In this document: positions 40,269 to 52,950 of the stretch, piece after piece
Numbering within the stretch: position 1 is the stretch's first letter
Layout of the letters: every line of letters begins with the position of its first letter
Assembly (NCBI GenBank): GCA_973895155.1
Contig: OZ316892.1
Coordinates: 1,987,223-2,051,222, forward strand
Source of the DNA: Marsupella aquatica
Lineage: Eukaryota > Plantae > Marchantiophyta
DNA: 64,000 nucleotides
Direction: 5' to 3'
Notes under the pieces: generated by a model
What the model was told of the DNA's origin: nothing
Databases searched by the model: none
Seen by the model: the letters and a program-made list of their open reading frames with translations, nothing else
Translations under genes and position numbers: made by a program

Positions 40269-41614
40269 CTAGCGATCCCTATCCCTATCCCTATCCCTAT
40301 CCCTATCACTCTCTCTATCTCGTTCTCTCTCACTTTCTCTACCCCTATCTCTATCCCTGTCCTCCCTATCCCTGTCCCTCCTCTTCCTTTTAGCAGCTTT
40401 CCTCTCCTCTTCAGCTTCTCGCAAGGCAGCCTCTTCCTTTCTGAGGCGTTCCTTCTCCTCTTGCCTACGAAGCTCCTTCTCATCTCGTTCCTTCTGCTTC
40501 TTTTCTTCTTTCTCCTTCCTCTTGAGCTCTTTCTCTCGAGCCCGCTCCTCTTTCTCAATTTCAAGCTGCTTCTCTTTCCGCTCCCTCTCCTTGTCTTCTC
40601 TTGCCATGATCCTGTCCTGCTTACGTTGCTCTTGCAATTCTCGGTCAAAAGCCTCCCCTTCTTTAATGTCGTCTAGCCCTAAAGCAGCTTTCATTATGTC
40701 CAACTGCTTCTCCTTCTTTGCAGCAACTTGATGGGTCTGAGTTACAGATGTCCTGCGAAGTAAGACAAACAAAATTTAGGATCAAAGGCATTAATCAGAT
40801 ATTTTGCAGGATTGACGAAACAAAAGCCGTTGAATTTCCGACCCATACACATCCAATCAATTAGTTTTCCATTCTTTTGAAACTGTGCTCAGATAAGGGA
40901 CAGCAACGAGGGAGCCGGCATGACCTTTGACTTTTTGGGAGAAGGGCTATAGAGAAAACATTAAACTGTCGAGAAAGAATTAGGCTGTTTGCCACTCAAG
41001 TCACCCCACAGACTAAATCCCACGGTAAGTTACAGAGATGTCCTTATACGACACCTAAAACGGAAACATTCAACTGATGAGAGTTCTAAACCCCTAAGAG
41101 GCGTCCATGGTTCGACAGCTCAGGCCTAGTGCTAAACAAGGAAAGGTCAGGGCTCACGGACTCCAGCGACGAAATTTCATTGCCAAAATACATCCCAGCC
41201 CTCGAACTACAACAATAAGTGCGGTCTGAGCAAAACAAAACGAGCTGAAAGTTCACAAGGAGAAATCGAGTAACCGTACTTCATATCATCCTGACCGCCC
41301 ACTTCCCCCTCATTGCTGGCGGCCTCGAGAGCTTTCCTCTCGGCCAGAACCCGCTCAGCAATCTCCTCGAGGTCGAAGCCCTGCTCGAGCAGCTCATCTT
41401 CCAGCTCTGTACACTTGAGTTCGATGTGCCGCTTGCGATCATGCTCCAGAATCGCGCTATTCGCTTTCCTCGACACGCCCCCTTGCCCCTGCCCTTCCCC
41501 AAACTCCCGCAGCTCCGATTTCAAAGGCCTCGCCCGGACGAAGAACTTGTTCGTCTGAATGTACCCGTTGGTCCCCGACCCTCGAGGAGTCGTGAGCCCA
41601 ATTCCATTGTACAT
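40269..41614 (-). CDS. CWC21: CWC21/cwf21-domain pre-mRNA splicing factor (SRRM2 N-terminus-like), exons 41614-41280 and 40752-40269
   Basis: MYNGIGLTTPRGSGTNGYIQTN and ILEHDRKRHIELKC cwf21 motifs, followed by a charged coiled coil and an RD-repeat tail. The intron is GT-AG and in phase. Confidence 0.92.
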
Positions 41615-41672
41615 CTTGGCAGAACAATCTCTTTCTTCACTTCTTCATCCCAATTCAATCGATCTCCTCAAA

Positions 41673-41895
41673 GCCTAAACCCTAAACCCTAAACCCTACC
41701 AAACTTCACCCCCCCATTCTGCTCCACTGCTGCAGTCTGTCTGTTCCCGTCCAATGTTCACCCTTGTCAAAATCTCGCCCTTCTTGTAATCGTCAAAACC
41801 CCTTCACTTCACTTCACTTCACTTCATTGCAATCAATCAATCACTTCACTGCACTTCATTGCAAGCAAGCAAGCAATCAATCAATCAATCTCACT
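41673..41895. repeat. Telomere-like (CCCTAAA)n run plus (CTTCA)n and (CAAT)n microsatellites upstream of the CWC21 ATG
   Basis: cctaaaccctaaaccctaaaccctacc, cttcacttcacttcacttca and caatcaatcaatcaatc. Confidence 0.85.
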
Positions 41896-42156
41896 TCTCA
41901 ATCTCGGAAAGCCAATCCGAAGTATCAATTCGTGAGGCACCATCGGCAGCTCGCAGATCTTCTGTTCCTCGAATTTCAGGCCTGGAAATGTTCTCCTCTC
42001 GGCCACTGTTGCTTGATGCAATCTTAACTAACAAAGCTCAAAGCAAGCGCTGCTTTTGAAAGCTACTCTGATCAAGACAGTTTTCTATCCATCTCTATTC
42101 ACGTTCAAAGAAAGGGTACTCTGAGTTAGTTTTGTGCAACATTCAAATAGGATCCA

Positions 42157-42864
42157 TAGGGCATCTCGAAGCTTCAAATTAAATATGATGGCTTTTTGGG
42201 CTATAAAGCAATGGTGAGAACTTGCTCATGAGGTTATGTAATAGTTATTTTTGCTTTTTCTTCACTAGCCTCTGTAGTGACTATTGGCTATTGCATCTTA
42301 CCAACATTTATGGCAAACAATTATGGACCATTTAGGGCGGCAGCTTGAAGCTTCAAATTTAAGTATGATGGCTTTTTGGCTATAAAGCAATGGTGATAGC
42401 TTCTTCATAAGGTTACATAAGAGTTGTTTTTTTCTTTTTCTTCACTAACCCTATAGTGACTAATGGCTATTGCATATTACAAATATTTATGACAAACAAT
42501 TATGGACTATTTAGGACGTCTCAAAGGTGACAATTTTATGAACCTTAACTCTCTAGTTACGGGTTATGGACACAAAAGGTTACGGACTATGAAATTCATA
42601 GTCCATAACCTTTTGTCATAAGGATTGATTGTATGCCATAACCATTAGTTATTGTACAGGATAGTGACAGAAAAATCAAAAACAAAACTTTTACAATACA
42701 AATTCTTGTGAAAAAGTTATGACCATTTCTTTCTGGCAGAATGCGATCATCCATAATTTTGAGCTGTTAGACTCCCTACTAATTTGGTAGTCCGGAACTT
42801 TTTGTGTCTCTAACCCGTAACTACAGAGTTGATTCCATCAAATTCTGAGCTGTGAGACACCCTA
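42157..42864. mobile_element. MITE-like cluster: ~175 bp direct duplication plus an element with ~43 bp subterminal inverted repeats
   Basis: 42157-42332 is repeated at 42333-42515. aactctctagttacgggttatggacacaaaaggttacggacta (42548-42589) is reverse-complemented at 42788-42830. Termini are taggacgtctcaaa / tgagacacccta. Confidence 0.6.
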
Positions 42865-44206
42865 TGGACCTGTGGTCAATGGCTGTTGTATAATGGCCTC
42901 ATTGGTGATCCATGAGCTAAACAAGTACAATAAGGGTGGCTTTACAAAAGAACCTGGGGGTTTAGGGTTATGAGGGCATTTGTGAACCTTTTTCACCAAA
43001 GTAAATTGGAGAGAGCCACTTCTTAGTCTAAAGATAAAGTCTATACCCAAGATCTTTTCAACTGAACTTCAATATACATGCAAATCCCTTGAATGGAGGC
43101 GGAAAAATTTGGAAATGTTTGGACTAGGGTTGGAGGTAACTTCTAGACAATATAAACACGTACTCCACATCAGCATTTACTTGGGTCTGCTGTTTGCCAT
43201 GGAGAATAGGTAGACACCATACCTGAATGGGCCCCAAGTTGTTGTAAAGCCAGCTGTAGCAGTTTCCACTCACTACATGTCTATATTTAGTTACCTCTCA
43301 CTTAGAGGGAATGAAAAGAAAACAATGTGCCCCTGATGTCTTCCTCAGACTGGTTTTTTCTTTTATAAATATAGAACAGTGAAAACCCCAGAGAGGGGGA
43401 AACAAGCAGCCAGGGAAAGCCAAATAGACTAAAACTAACACAGCCCCCATGGGCCAGAGGGGGTAAGTCGTCACCGACCGCCCCACCAATGTGGTCCCGA
43501 TGTCTTGGAAAGTCACCCTAAACAATCAAAGCTGTACATGGGTTCACAGGAGGGCAAATTTGAAGGTTTCTTCTTTTTCCACAGGGTTGCAAATGTCACC
43601 TTTTGTGAAGGACAAGATGCCAAGAATAACTTTGATCTAATTTTCCTAGATTAGTTTGACTCTTAGATCTTCCCAGATTTAAGGATAACCGTCAGATTCT
43701 GGCTAGTGGGGCCTGCTGCTAGGTGGGAGCCTGACTAATTGACGACAAACAACAGTGCAAAGTTTTGAGTTAAGTGGAATAATTGACAAAAAAAAAATGG
43801 TTTCCATTGCTGGACTGAATTCTTGCTCTACAAGGATGCGTGTGATTGGCTTTGTTGTACACCTTTGGTCCACATTGTTCCAGGACCTGAACTATCAATT
43901 TCATCTGGTTTAATTTGGTCATAGCCAATCATAATTTTGCTGATATTCTTCAAGTTTCCTGCATTTTCTGAACTTTTAGTTTGGGTTGTAGCCCCTTGCC
44001 CTTGGCTGAAATGAAACTCTAATCCGTCCGGCCCCGGCCCCAGCCCCCTCCTGCACCCCCCCCCCCCCCCCCACTCCCCCCCTCTCCTCCTTATCGTTAA
44101 CTTAAGCATGCTTACAGATTTGTTGGCTCAAAACTTGCATATCATTTAACCAGCGAATGATTTACAGCCATCAAGAACAAAAGCAAGAGAGACAGAAAAT
44201 AGTCTG

Positions 44207-44330
44207 TAAAGTTGGGTAAGAATAGAGAACTCAATAATAAGCCAAGGTTAAAGTTGGGTAAGAATAGAGAACTCAATAATAAGCCAAGGTTAAAGTTGGG
44301 TAAGAATAGAGAACTCAATAATAGCCAAGG
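44207..44330. repeat. 42-bp tandem repeat x3
   Basis: taaagttgggtaagaatagagaactcaataataagccaaggt occurs three times, just upstream of DNAAF1. Confidence 0.92.
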
Positions 44331-44449
44331 CTTAGAAGGATTTCCTACAAACAAGGGCTTTAGCTCTGAAGACGCTCTTTTATTGTTCATCATAGAGGGA
44401 AAATTCAGGGAGCTTCATTGTGCCATAATTTGCTTCAAATTTGAAAGAG

Positions 44450-47400
44450 ATGGCTATGGAGATGACGAAAGACTGGTTGTTAGAGCGATGCAAGGCTCAA
44501 GGGTTGTATCGAACACCAAACCTTAATAATTCGTTGTACCTCCAGTGTCAAGCTTTTTCTGAAATCCAAAATCTGGATGAATACACGGTAAGAACTGTAG
44601 TCTGACCTCTCTTACATCCGTGCTTTGGCATTTTCGTTTTCTGATCCAAATAGATGTTTGGCCCAACGAGTTTAGTGGATCTGAAGTATTCGTTTCAGTC
44701 GTACCCCATGCCCAGTCCTTTTGTTATCAGTGAATTTTCGAAAGCAATTGATTTCTGAGTTATGCCGCTCTTCAATCAACGAGAATTTTTTTTGCTGTTA
44801 ACTTTCTGGATTTCAGTTTCTTGAATTTGGTCAAAGTATAGTTGGTTCACAGGTTTGCAATCAACGGTCCTGTGTGCATTTCGATTCTAATTTAGAGCTT
44901 GAATTGTTGACTATAGGGTGTAACGCAATTGCATCTTGAGGAAAATTGCATCGAAAGTCTCAATGGAGTGCAACCACTGAAACAACTACAATGCTTGTAA
45001 GCATGAATTTGTTTCAAATGGTACTACGTTTTGAATATGGTTGAGATGTTCACGAATCAACTGATCACTTCACAAGAAAGCGAGTCCATCGTCATGAACC
45101 TTAAAGTCGAGTGTGTCCATCTTTGTTTATCGTCATAAAATCGTTTTTTGTGATTAAGAACTCACCTGGCCAGTCTCTGGAGTCGTTCCAGGTACCTGCA
45201 CAAGAATTTTGTTCGAGCTATTGATCACCTTGAAGAACTACAGGATTTGGACACACTCGACTTAAGGTTTGTCGTCGCATCTACGCTTGTAGAATTAATG
45301 CGAATTACGTTTAAGAGTTGTGTCCATTACCTGATGCGTAGGAAACTCTAGCTCTAACCATGTTCATTGCGGTCATAGGTCAAGCACTTGCAAAACTTTG
45401 ATTCGGGTCATGTCAACATTTTTGGGACCATTCAACACCTTTTCCAGATCCGATCGATTGTCCTAATTGATGAACTGGGTTCAAGCCCAGGAGATTCGCT
45501 GCAAACTATGAACTTGCAGGAAAATGGAAAGTTTTCCGATTTAAGAATGACTTCCTGACTTGATTCTAATTTCGCTTTGGTACGAATCGGCTGGGAGCAC
45601 AGCCATAACTGTCTGTCAACGCTCGACAACTTATCAAAGTGTTCGAAATTGAGGGTTTTGGTGGTATCACACAACCTCCTTGACTCGGTGGCCTCCATTG
45701 AACATCTTACCCTCTGTCCTTCAATTATGTGAGTTCCTGAAGACCCTCTCTCTTTCGTGTTCCTTGGGTCCTAATCCACATAATTTTGTCTTGCCTATGC
45801 TGACTTTAAGGATGGTCTTCAGAAGTAGAATGACAACTCTGTTGTATTACTATTCAATGGTTGGCACATTGGGGAGTGCAGGATTTTAGATCTTTCTCAC
45901 AATAAATTGAAGGATGGAGATGGTGTTCTTGGTGTAGCAAAGGGCCTTGCTAACTTGACAGTACTTTACTTGTCAGGAAATCCCTTTGTCGCGGTCTTTC
46001 CTCACTATCGAAAGGTTAGTCTGATCTGAGCCTCCCGTGAACTAACACCATTCTTGAGAGAAAGAAGGAAGGAAGAGGAAGGTAGGGAAGGAATTCGTGT
46101 TGGGTTAGGACTTCAAATCGAAATCGATAATCGTCTGGTGAAGCAAAGCATCTAAGTACATACCCAACTTTAGAAAGTTCTATAATAATCTTTGTTCCAA
46201 AATATACCTCTGTTCCAAAATATCTAATAAAATTACAACCTTTATTCTTGGAAGGAACTGAAATTGCGCTCTTTTTAATTGGAGAGATGTATCCAGAAGC
46301 TGATTGGCACTTTAGATAAACTCAACCACTTGGATGATAAGCCAGTTTTCTGGGACGAGCGTCGATATGCAGAAGCATGGTGAGGACTTTTGCATGTGTT
46401 CGGAAGTTGCTGCAAATTTCTGAAATAATTTCCACTGTTTGTGGTTGTACATTAGTTTTCTTTACATATGTTTTGGCAAGCGATATTTAAAAATTGCTGT
46501 CATTCAATTTAGTTAATCTCTTCTTACTGGAATATGTAGATTGGTTGTTGTCATTCAACTTGGTTAATCTCTTCATAGTGCTGACGGCTCATTTCAAATG
46601 CTTGGCTGAGTGCTTGCCGGCAGGATGAGGGGAGGTCAAGACGAAGAGAGGCGAGAACGAGATCGTGTTCGTGAAATGCGAGCAACAGAAGAAACTTTAC
46701 AGTTTGAAGGTACTTTCGAGTTTTCCTCAATCCTGTCGTGAACTACTTCACCCTCTTCAAAAAGCCATTTTGATTGAGGAATTTCTCTCCTTTGAAGTTC
46801 AGGACCGTAGCCCTTCACTTTGGTTACCCATATGGTTGAAGCAATTCCTTTCTTTCGAAGATGAGGTCCTTGTGACTTGGTGACTGATGTGTCTGGAAAA
46901 GTTCCTTCACTGCCACCCATGTGGTTGAAGAAATTCCTCTGGTCCGAAGATGAGGTCCTCGACACTTGGTGACAGATGCGTCTGGAAAAGTTCTTTCACT
47001 GTACAGATCAGACGTCTCTTCCCCATCCATGCCCACTCGGATAGAAAAGAAAACACATTTCTGACAAAAGTAGACTCGTAGTACATCTGCGATCTTCAGC
47101 TTTCAGTTTCGACTAGGCTCTTTTGCAGCCGTATAGTGTTGTCCCTTATCTCAATCGGGCATGGCTTTGAATCAAAATTAATTAACTCTTCATGAAGTGT
47201 CTGATTGCATGCTATTCATTCTTTCATTAGCGAGTCCTCAGCTGAACCGAATATTGTCTGCGTTCTTTAAATTGGACGAGCAGCAATGCGACAACTGAGA
47301 TCTCAGGCTATGGAGGAGCGCCAGTATGTAGCACATCGTCCAATGCTACAATTCACCCCTGAAGAGCTTGGACAGGATGTGGAGTCGCTGGGGAGCCCTG

Positions 47401-48452
47401 ACTACATTGACCAAGCCTCAATTAGGAAGATCGAGGTCCAGGATATAGAAACTGGACTAAGGACCCTTCCATCCCCTTCTGCCAAGGTTGACCAAGGTCA
47501 AGAACGGGAAGGATGCTCTACTTCATACTCACAGGTGGAAGGTGTTTATTCTATGGAACATGACTTAATGCTAGCACAAGACGTATGTCAGCAATGGACA
47601 GCTACTTGTTCCATGGATCGTGATTCAATGCTTGCACACGACACAAATCAACAGCGGGAAACACCTACCGAACATGACTCAATGATAGTACAGGACTTAA
47701 ATCAACGATGGGAAGCAGATAATTCGATGGAACATGACTCCATGCTTGCTCAAGACCCACATCAACAATGCTACACCCAAAGATTGAATGAACGAGGATC
47801 TACCGTGTATTCCCAGGGTGAAGAAGAATGTCGATGTTCGTCACGGTCAACTGAGGGAAAGAAGGCCGAATTCTCCACCACATCTCCAAACCTAGAACTG
47901 AACTCCATGCAGCATGAGCCAATGGAAGAGATGGTAATCAAAACGTGGCCTGCAGGTTGTGCATCGATGCTCCAGGATCTAAGTGCAATTTCTTTCCCTG
48001 CGTGGGAGTCTCGATCCCAGGTAATGATTGAAGTGCCTATGGCGAACACTACCAAAGGCAACAATGACCATCATGAAGGGAATCCCAGCGTCGATACGTG
48101 TCAGGCATGTGAGCCGACCGACAAGCAGGGAGCTTCCTCGCCACCACCACAAGAACTAGAGAATGATTCACTTGAGTGGAATAGATACTACGACAACCCC
48201 AGCTTTTGTGAGGGACAACAATATGATGGCAATTTTCTCCTTTCTCTGCAGGCAATGAGCAATATCGAGCCAAACTTTAACAACGGAAAACTAAAAAGTA
48301 ACTCGAGCTTTTGTGGACAACAAATTGATGACAACTTCCTCCTTTCTATGCATAAAATTAATGATATCGAACCAAGCTGCACTAAAGGCACGTTACGTGC
48401 CAAATTCAGTGACTCAAATGAGCATGAACGTGACCCGGAAACTGTTTGCTAA
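44450..48452 (+). CDS. DNAAF1: Dynein axonemal assembly factor 1 (ODA7/LRRC50-like LRR protein), ~8 exons with a long low-complexity C-terminal exon
   Basis: Spliced: MAMEMTKDWLLERCKAQGLYRTPNLNNSLYLQCQAFSEIQNLDEYT|GVTQLHLEENCIESL..|YLHKNFVRAIDHLEELQDLDTLDLS|HNCL..|ILDLSHNKL..LYLSGNPF..HYRK|KLIGTLDKLNHLDDKPVFWDERRYAEAW|MRGGQDEERRER, then the terminal exon 47284-48452. SDS22-type LRRs and an LRRcap are present. Confidence 0.88.
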
Positions 48453-48459
48453 GCTAATC

Positions 48460-48565
48460 AAACTTCGTGATTAGCTTCGTGAAATTTCACGAAGTATCAA
48501 GTTTCAGGGTTTAGGGTTTAGAATTTCACGAAGTATCCAGTTTCCAATTTCACGAAGTATTTCCA
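48460..48565. repeat. Short repeats (aatttcacgaagtat x3) with a TTTAGGG telomere-like motif
   Basis: Read directly after the DNAAF1 stop codon. Confidence 0.7.
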
Positions 48566-49119
48566 ATTTTGAAACAAGGAAGTTGTACCAAACTACCTAC
48601 CTAGAATTGTAACGTCTTGAAATGTAAGTCATCAACTTTTCACCTTAGACAGCTCCATAGAATTGAAGACACTAAGTAAGCATCCAAATTGTCCTGGATA
48701 CAATCCAATACGACTAGGTGTTATGACACAGGAAATCAGAACTAATAATCAGAGTGCACATTGCAAAAAGTATTGAAGCGCAATATCCAGAAGACAACCT
48801 GTCTCGAAACCTTAAATATGCAATGTATGGACTGCATTGTGAGTAAGATCACGAAGCTTTCAGCAATGATTCTATAATTACACTGAAGACCTGTGCTTTG
48901 GAGATCTTCATGAAAGTTACTCATGTGGTTGGGAAATAATCATTTAGGAACTTACCTTATTCTAATCGTTGCCTTCGACGCCCTAGATTCGTCGAGAGGA
49001 CTTCCAGAGATCCTTTGCCTCTTCTGGAATCACTCACCAAGAGCCTAAATTGGCGAACTGGTGACTATCATGTAGTCAACTATCAACAAGGACACTATGA
49101 CTAATGATGGGGAGGCCTT

Positions 49120-52073
49120 CTAGCCTATGTAAAACATGATTGCAAGATAAGACAACACCAAGAATGCGGCCAATCGAGCTCTTTCTCTGTCAAGTCTTGT
49201 TCTGGCTACATCTTCGTGCCTCACAACAGGGATTGTGTCCAAAAGAGACTCTTGCTCACTGCTAAGGGATGATTCCTGTCTGGGAATTGTGTCTAAAGGG
49301 GGCCCTTGCTCGCTGACAAGGGAGGATTGCTCGCTGGGAATAGATTGCTTGCTGAGAAGCCTTTGAATTTTGGCTAGCTTGTTTTTACATTCAATATCTC
49401 GAGGTAGCCACTGGAGCACGTTGCTCAACTTCTCAATGGCGTCATGAAATTCTACAGGATCAGCGTTGGCGTGCTGCAGGGCTTCCTCTCTGTATCTTTT
49501 GCGACGCTCACGAAATTGTAATTCCTGTTCTGGGAAGGCTCTAAACAACTTCGATCTTGTCGTGATGTTATCACATAAGATGCCAAATTTTATGTTGCGG
49601 TCATAGGGAGATCTGCTCATTCCATGGTCAAGAATGGTCCATCTATCATATGTAAAGCCATCTGAGCACGTGACAGGGTCGCACATCTTTTCTGCAGTAA
49701 TTGGGTCATCGAACCAGTCATCCATATCATCTGCAATCATTTGAAAGAATGCATCACTATTTCCACTAGAAACAACCTGGAGCTCCCCAACCTAACATTG
49801 AACATCAGCTCTGCACTGGCCAAAAGAAGAATGTACACGTTAAGAGATTTGTTTCCTTACGCCCTCAGCCTACTACTTCCATTGAACATCCTTAACCTAC
49901 CCTTCTACTTGGAAAGAACCAATAAAGTGCTTAGTATCGTACGATTGCACACATCAGCTGTACCATTGTCTTGCAGTTTCTTGTGGTGGTGTTCTCCACT
50001 GGTTGATTCCTCCAAAGCCTGGAGCTCCTTCTCTGGAAGAGCTTTGTAAACCAATTTCTGCTTCAACCTCTGTGCCTTATCCAAAGCAAGGTAAGTTTGC
50101 TCCCATTCATCTTCATTATCTTGTGTCCTCAAGTACGTTCCCAAAACTTCTAGTGTTAGCGGTAGCCCTTCACACAGCTTTACGATTGCTTGCACTGTCC
50201 CTGTAAACCCGAGGAATGATGGTATTGTACAGTTTGGAAGTGCATGGTTCATAAAGAGTTCCTCAGCACAATTGTCTTTTAGTCGTTTGACCTCATATAC
50301 ACGACTCAACTTACGGAGAAGTTCTCGATCACGGGATGTAAGAATATAACGACTTTCTGCAGATGCAATATTAACTATTTCTGATAGAAGTTTTCCATCA
50401 CGTTCAGTAGAGATGTCATCTAAAGCAAGTAGCAAAGGTTTATCTTTCAATACAGACCAATCAGGTTGCGTTTCAATCTTCTTCCCAAGACAATACATCT
50501 GTTTCCACACTTCCTCCTTTAGGTTCTGAAGGTCGCCCTCGATAAGCTTCACATTAGAGACAAAACAACTATAGTCAAATTCCGGTCCCTGTTCGTTAAA
50601 GACTGCCTTTGCGAGGGTCGTCTTGCCTATTCCTCCAATTCCCGTGAGACCGACTGCGGCAACTTCATTGAGCCTGCCTATGACCCGCTTCACCTGAATA
50701 TCAATACCAACTGCGAACTTTGGCATTTCTTGATAGTTTTCTTCCTAGGACACTCTGCCGTCTTCCTGGGTTGCAACAACAGGCGTTGTCAGTGACATTT
50801 GTGCTTCCGATATGGACTATTTCTAAAGAGTTTCGAAGCCCTACCATTGGAGCTGAACACAATTTATTCGTGAGAGTTACGAGTCAGAAAAGCGTACCTC
50901 GATGTATCAGAAATCTGAGCGAATCATGTACGGAATATTAATTTATCACTTTGCTATTTGTCCATATCCAATTTTTCTTGTAGGAACTCCATTCTACAAA
51001 CGTTCTCATCATCAAACTAAGGTGATTCTTATACTTATTACACAAACAAATGAGGCTGAATTCCCTCACCTCGGTATCCCTGGCAATGTTGTCGAGGAAG
51101 TCCTTAAGCACACAGAAGCTTTCTGAGGTTTTGCTCCTTGGTCTGCTAATTGTAAAGTGGTCTACTCCCGGAACCATTTTGAACTTGTGTCCACCCTGTG
51201 CGGATGCCTCCGGTACTAGGACATCTTCAATTACGCCCTGCTCAAGACGGGCGAAATTCCACTTATCAATCTCAGGGCTTTGCTAATCTCCATCACAGGC
51301 AAACTTGTAAAAAGTGGACAATTGAACAGCACCTCGATGCATAATGAGGCATACTCCAATAAGAATGCATCAAATATAGCCAGCGTGCAATCATAAATCA
51401 AACTAAAGATAAGAGGTTGCAACTTTACCAAATTTGTAGGGAGAGTTTCCCCAATTCCAGCGATCAGCCACTTGTTCAACTCAGCGAGCTTATCGAACCT
51501 GGCTTTCAGCTGAACTGGGTGATCTTTCAGTGCTTTGTAGTAATTCAAGAGAGGAACGTCCATTGTATCGCCCAACTGGTCTACAACTGGGCTCCCCAAA
51601 TGTGGAGTGGCGTAGTAAAACATCCCTCTCAGGTTCTTGAACAATTTCTCCAACTTAGCCTTTTGGAACCCTTGATTCCAGATGTGGCGAGATTTATCAA
51701 CTTGGTGGCATACTTGCTTCATGACCAAGCCGCCAATACCGTGTCCAACGAGTATAACAGGACAGTGAGGTACTTGCCCGATGTTCCCCAGTAGAAGATC
51801 CGACACGAGGATTTCTCCGATAAGCTCCAAGTCAATTTTCTTGTCTGAGCTCGGTCCCAGGTACCCAATGTAAGAGGCAGAAAGCACATGAGCTCCAGGA
51901 AACTCTTCAACCAACCAGGTTTGTGGCCAGATACAAGACCCATCTCCACTTTCCCAGGTCAACAAATGTGCATCTGAGTAGTCCCCACCTAGTTTGTGGA
52001 TGCCATGGAAAAACAAGATCTGTATACTTGGTTTGCCTAGTGGCCTGCGCAATTCGTAGAGGTTGTCGCTCAC
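49120..52073 (-). CDS. NLR-related gene: alpha/beta-hydrolase, truncated NB-ARC, U-box-like domain, C-terminal TM helix; no LRRs; start exon unresolved; possibly pseudogenizing
   Basis: Hydrolase motifs ILFFHG, WPQTWL, ILVGHGIGG and FYYATPH (52073-51429, 51237-51070). NB-ARC motifs GIGGIGKTT, LLALDDI, SRYILTSRD and CEGLPL (~50744-49964). A phase-1 intron (49963-49731) joins DPITAEKMCDPVTCSDGFTYDR..SRSP (U-box-like), ending RLAAFLVLSYLAIMFYIG*. Confidence 0.8.
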
Positions 52074-52789
52074 CTGAGAAGAACCAATGACGCAGTCAGA
52101 AGCCTCAAAGTGCACTGAACCAATAACGGATGGAAATCTAACCAGAAAACACTCAAAGAGAGACAAGTAGGGAAGGTCTCCAAATGGTTCAAAAGACGAC
52201 GTAAGAGGCCGCAAAGGGAGTCTTCCAACGCAACGTCTTGGCCATAAGTCACGAACATTGCTGATTCACCATCAGCCTTGAAATCTTACAGTTCTATTAT
52301 CAATAGTGTAGAAGATTCTTGGTCACTTTAACTATCCACACAGATAGAATGATACACTAAGTTTCCTGAGGGACTGGACTCCGGAAAGATTACCTGAACG
52401 ATTCTCGTATACCCAGAAGAATGCGGCGAGTAGGAAGAACGTTGGAACTTCGTTGTGCTTCGCGAAATTTCCATGGACGATTGTTTACAACGGTCCCTGA
52501 TCTACTGAGAAGCACGCCTTGGGTGGAGAGTATGAAGTCATGTGCAACCACTCCGAGTACATGGGTTCGGCACGGCACGACATGATAGGGTTCAGTGGCG
52601 GCCTGTCCATGAAACGTCCTTTACAACGGGAGGATACTTGTACAGAGTATACTTACACACCCCATTCACGAGTTTCATGAGAGCTGCATCGAACTGAGTT
52701 CTGGTTGTAAAATGTACGGGTAAATCGGCATTGCTGAAGCCTGGGGCTAATAGTGGCTTGAAGTTTTGGTATTGTATAACTACCATGAA

Positions 52790-52950
52790 GTGATTCTCTG
52801 GAGGAAAGGAAAAGCTGTGGACATCAGGACTCACAGGGAAGCACAGGAAATTGAGTACTGTAATCAAAAGTGATTCTCTGGAGGAAAGGAAAAGCTGTGG
52901 CATGCAGTACATCAGGGACTCACAGGGAAGCACAGGAAATTGAGTACTGT
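52790..52950. repeat. Direct repeat (~75 bp x2) upstream of the NLR-like gene
   Basis: gtgattctctggaggaaaggaaaagctgtgg...catcagg.actcacagggaagcacaggaaattgagtactgta occurs twice. Confidence 0.88.

Noticed and set aside
40242-40676. Hydrophobic 144-aa plus-strand ORF
   Set aside because: It is the antisense shadow of the K/E/R/D-rich CWC21 exon.
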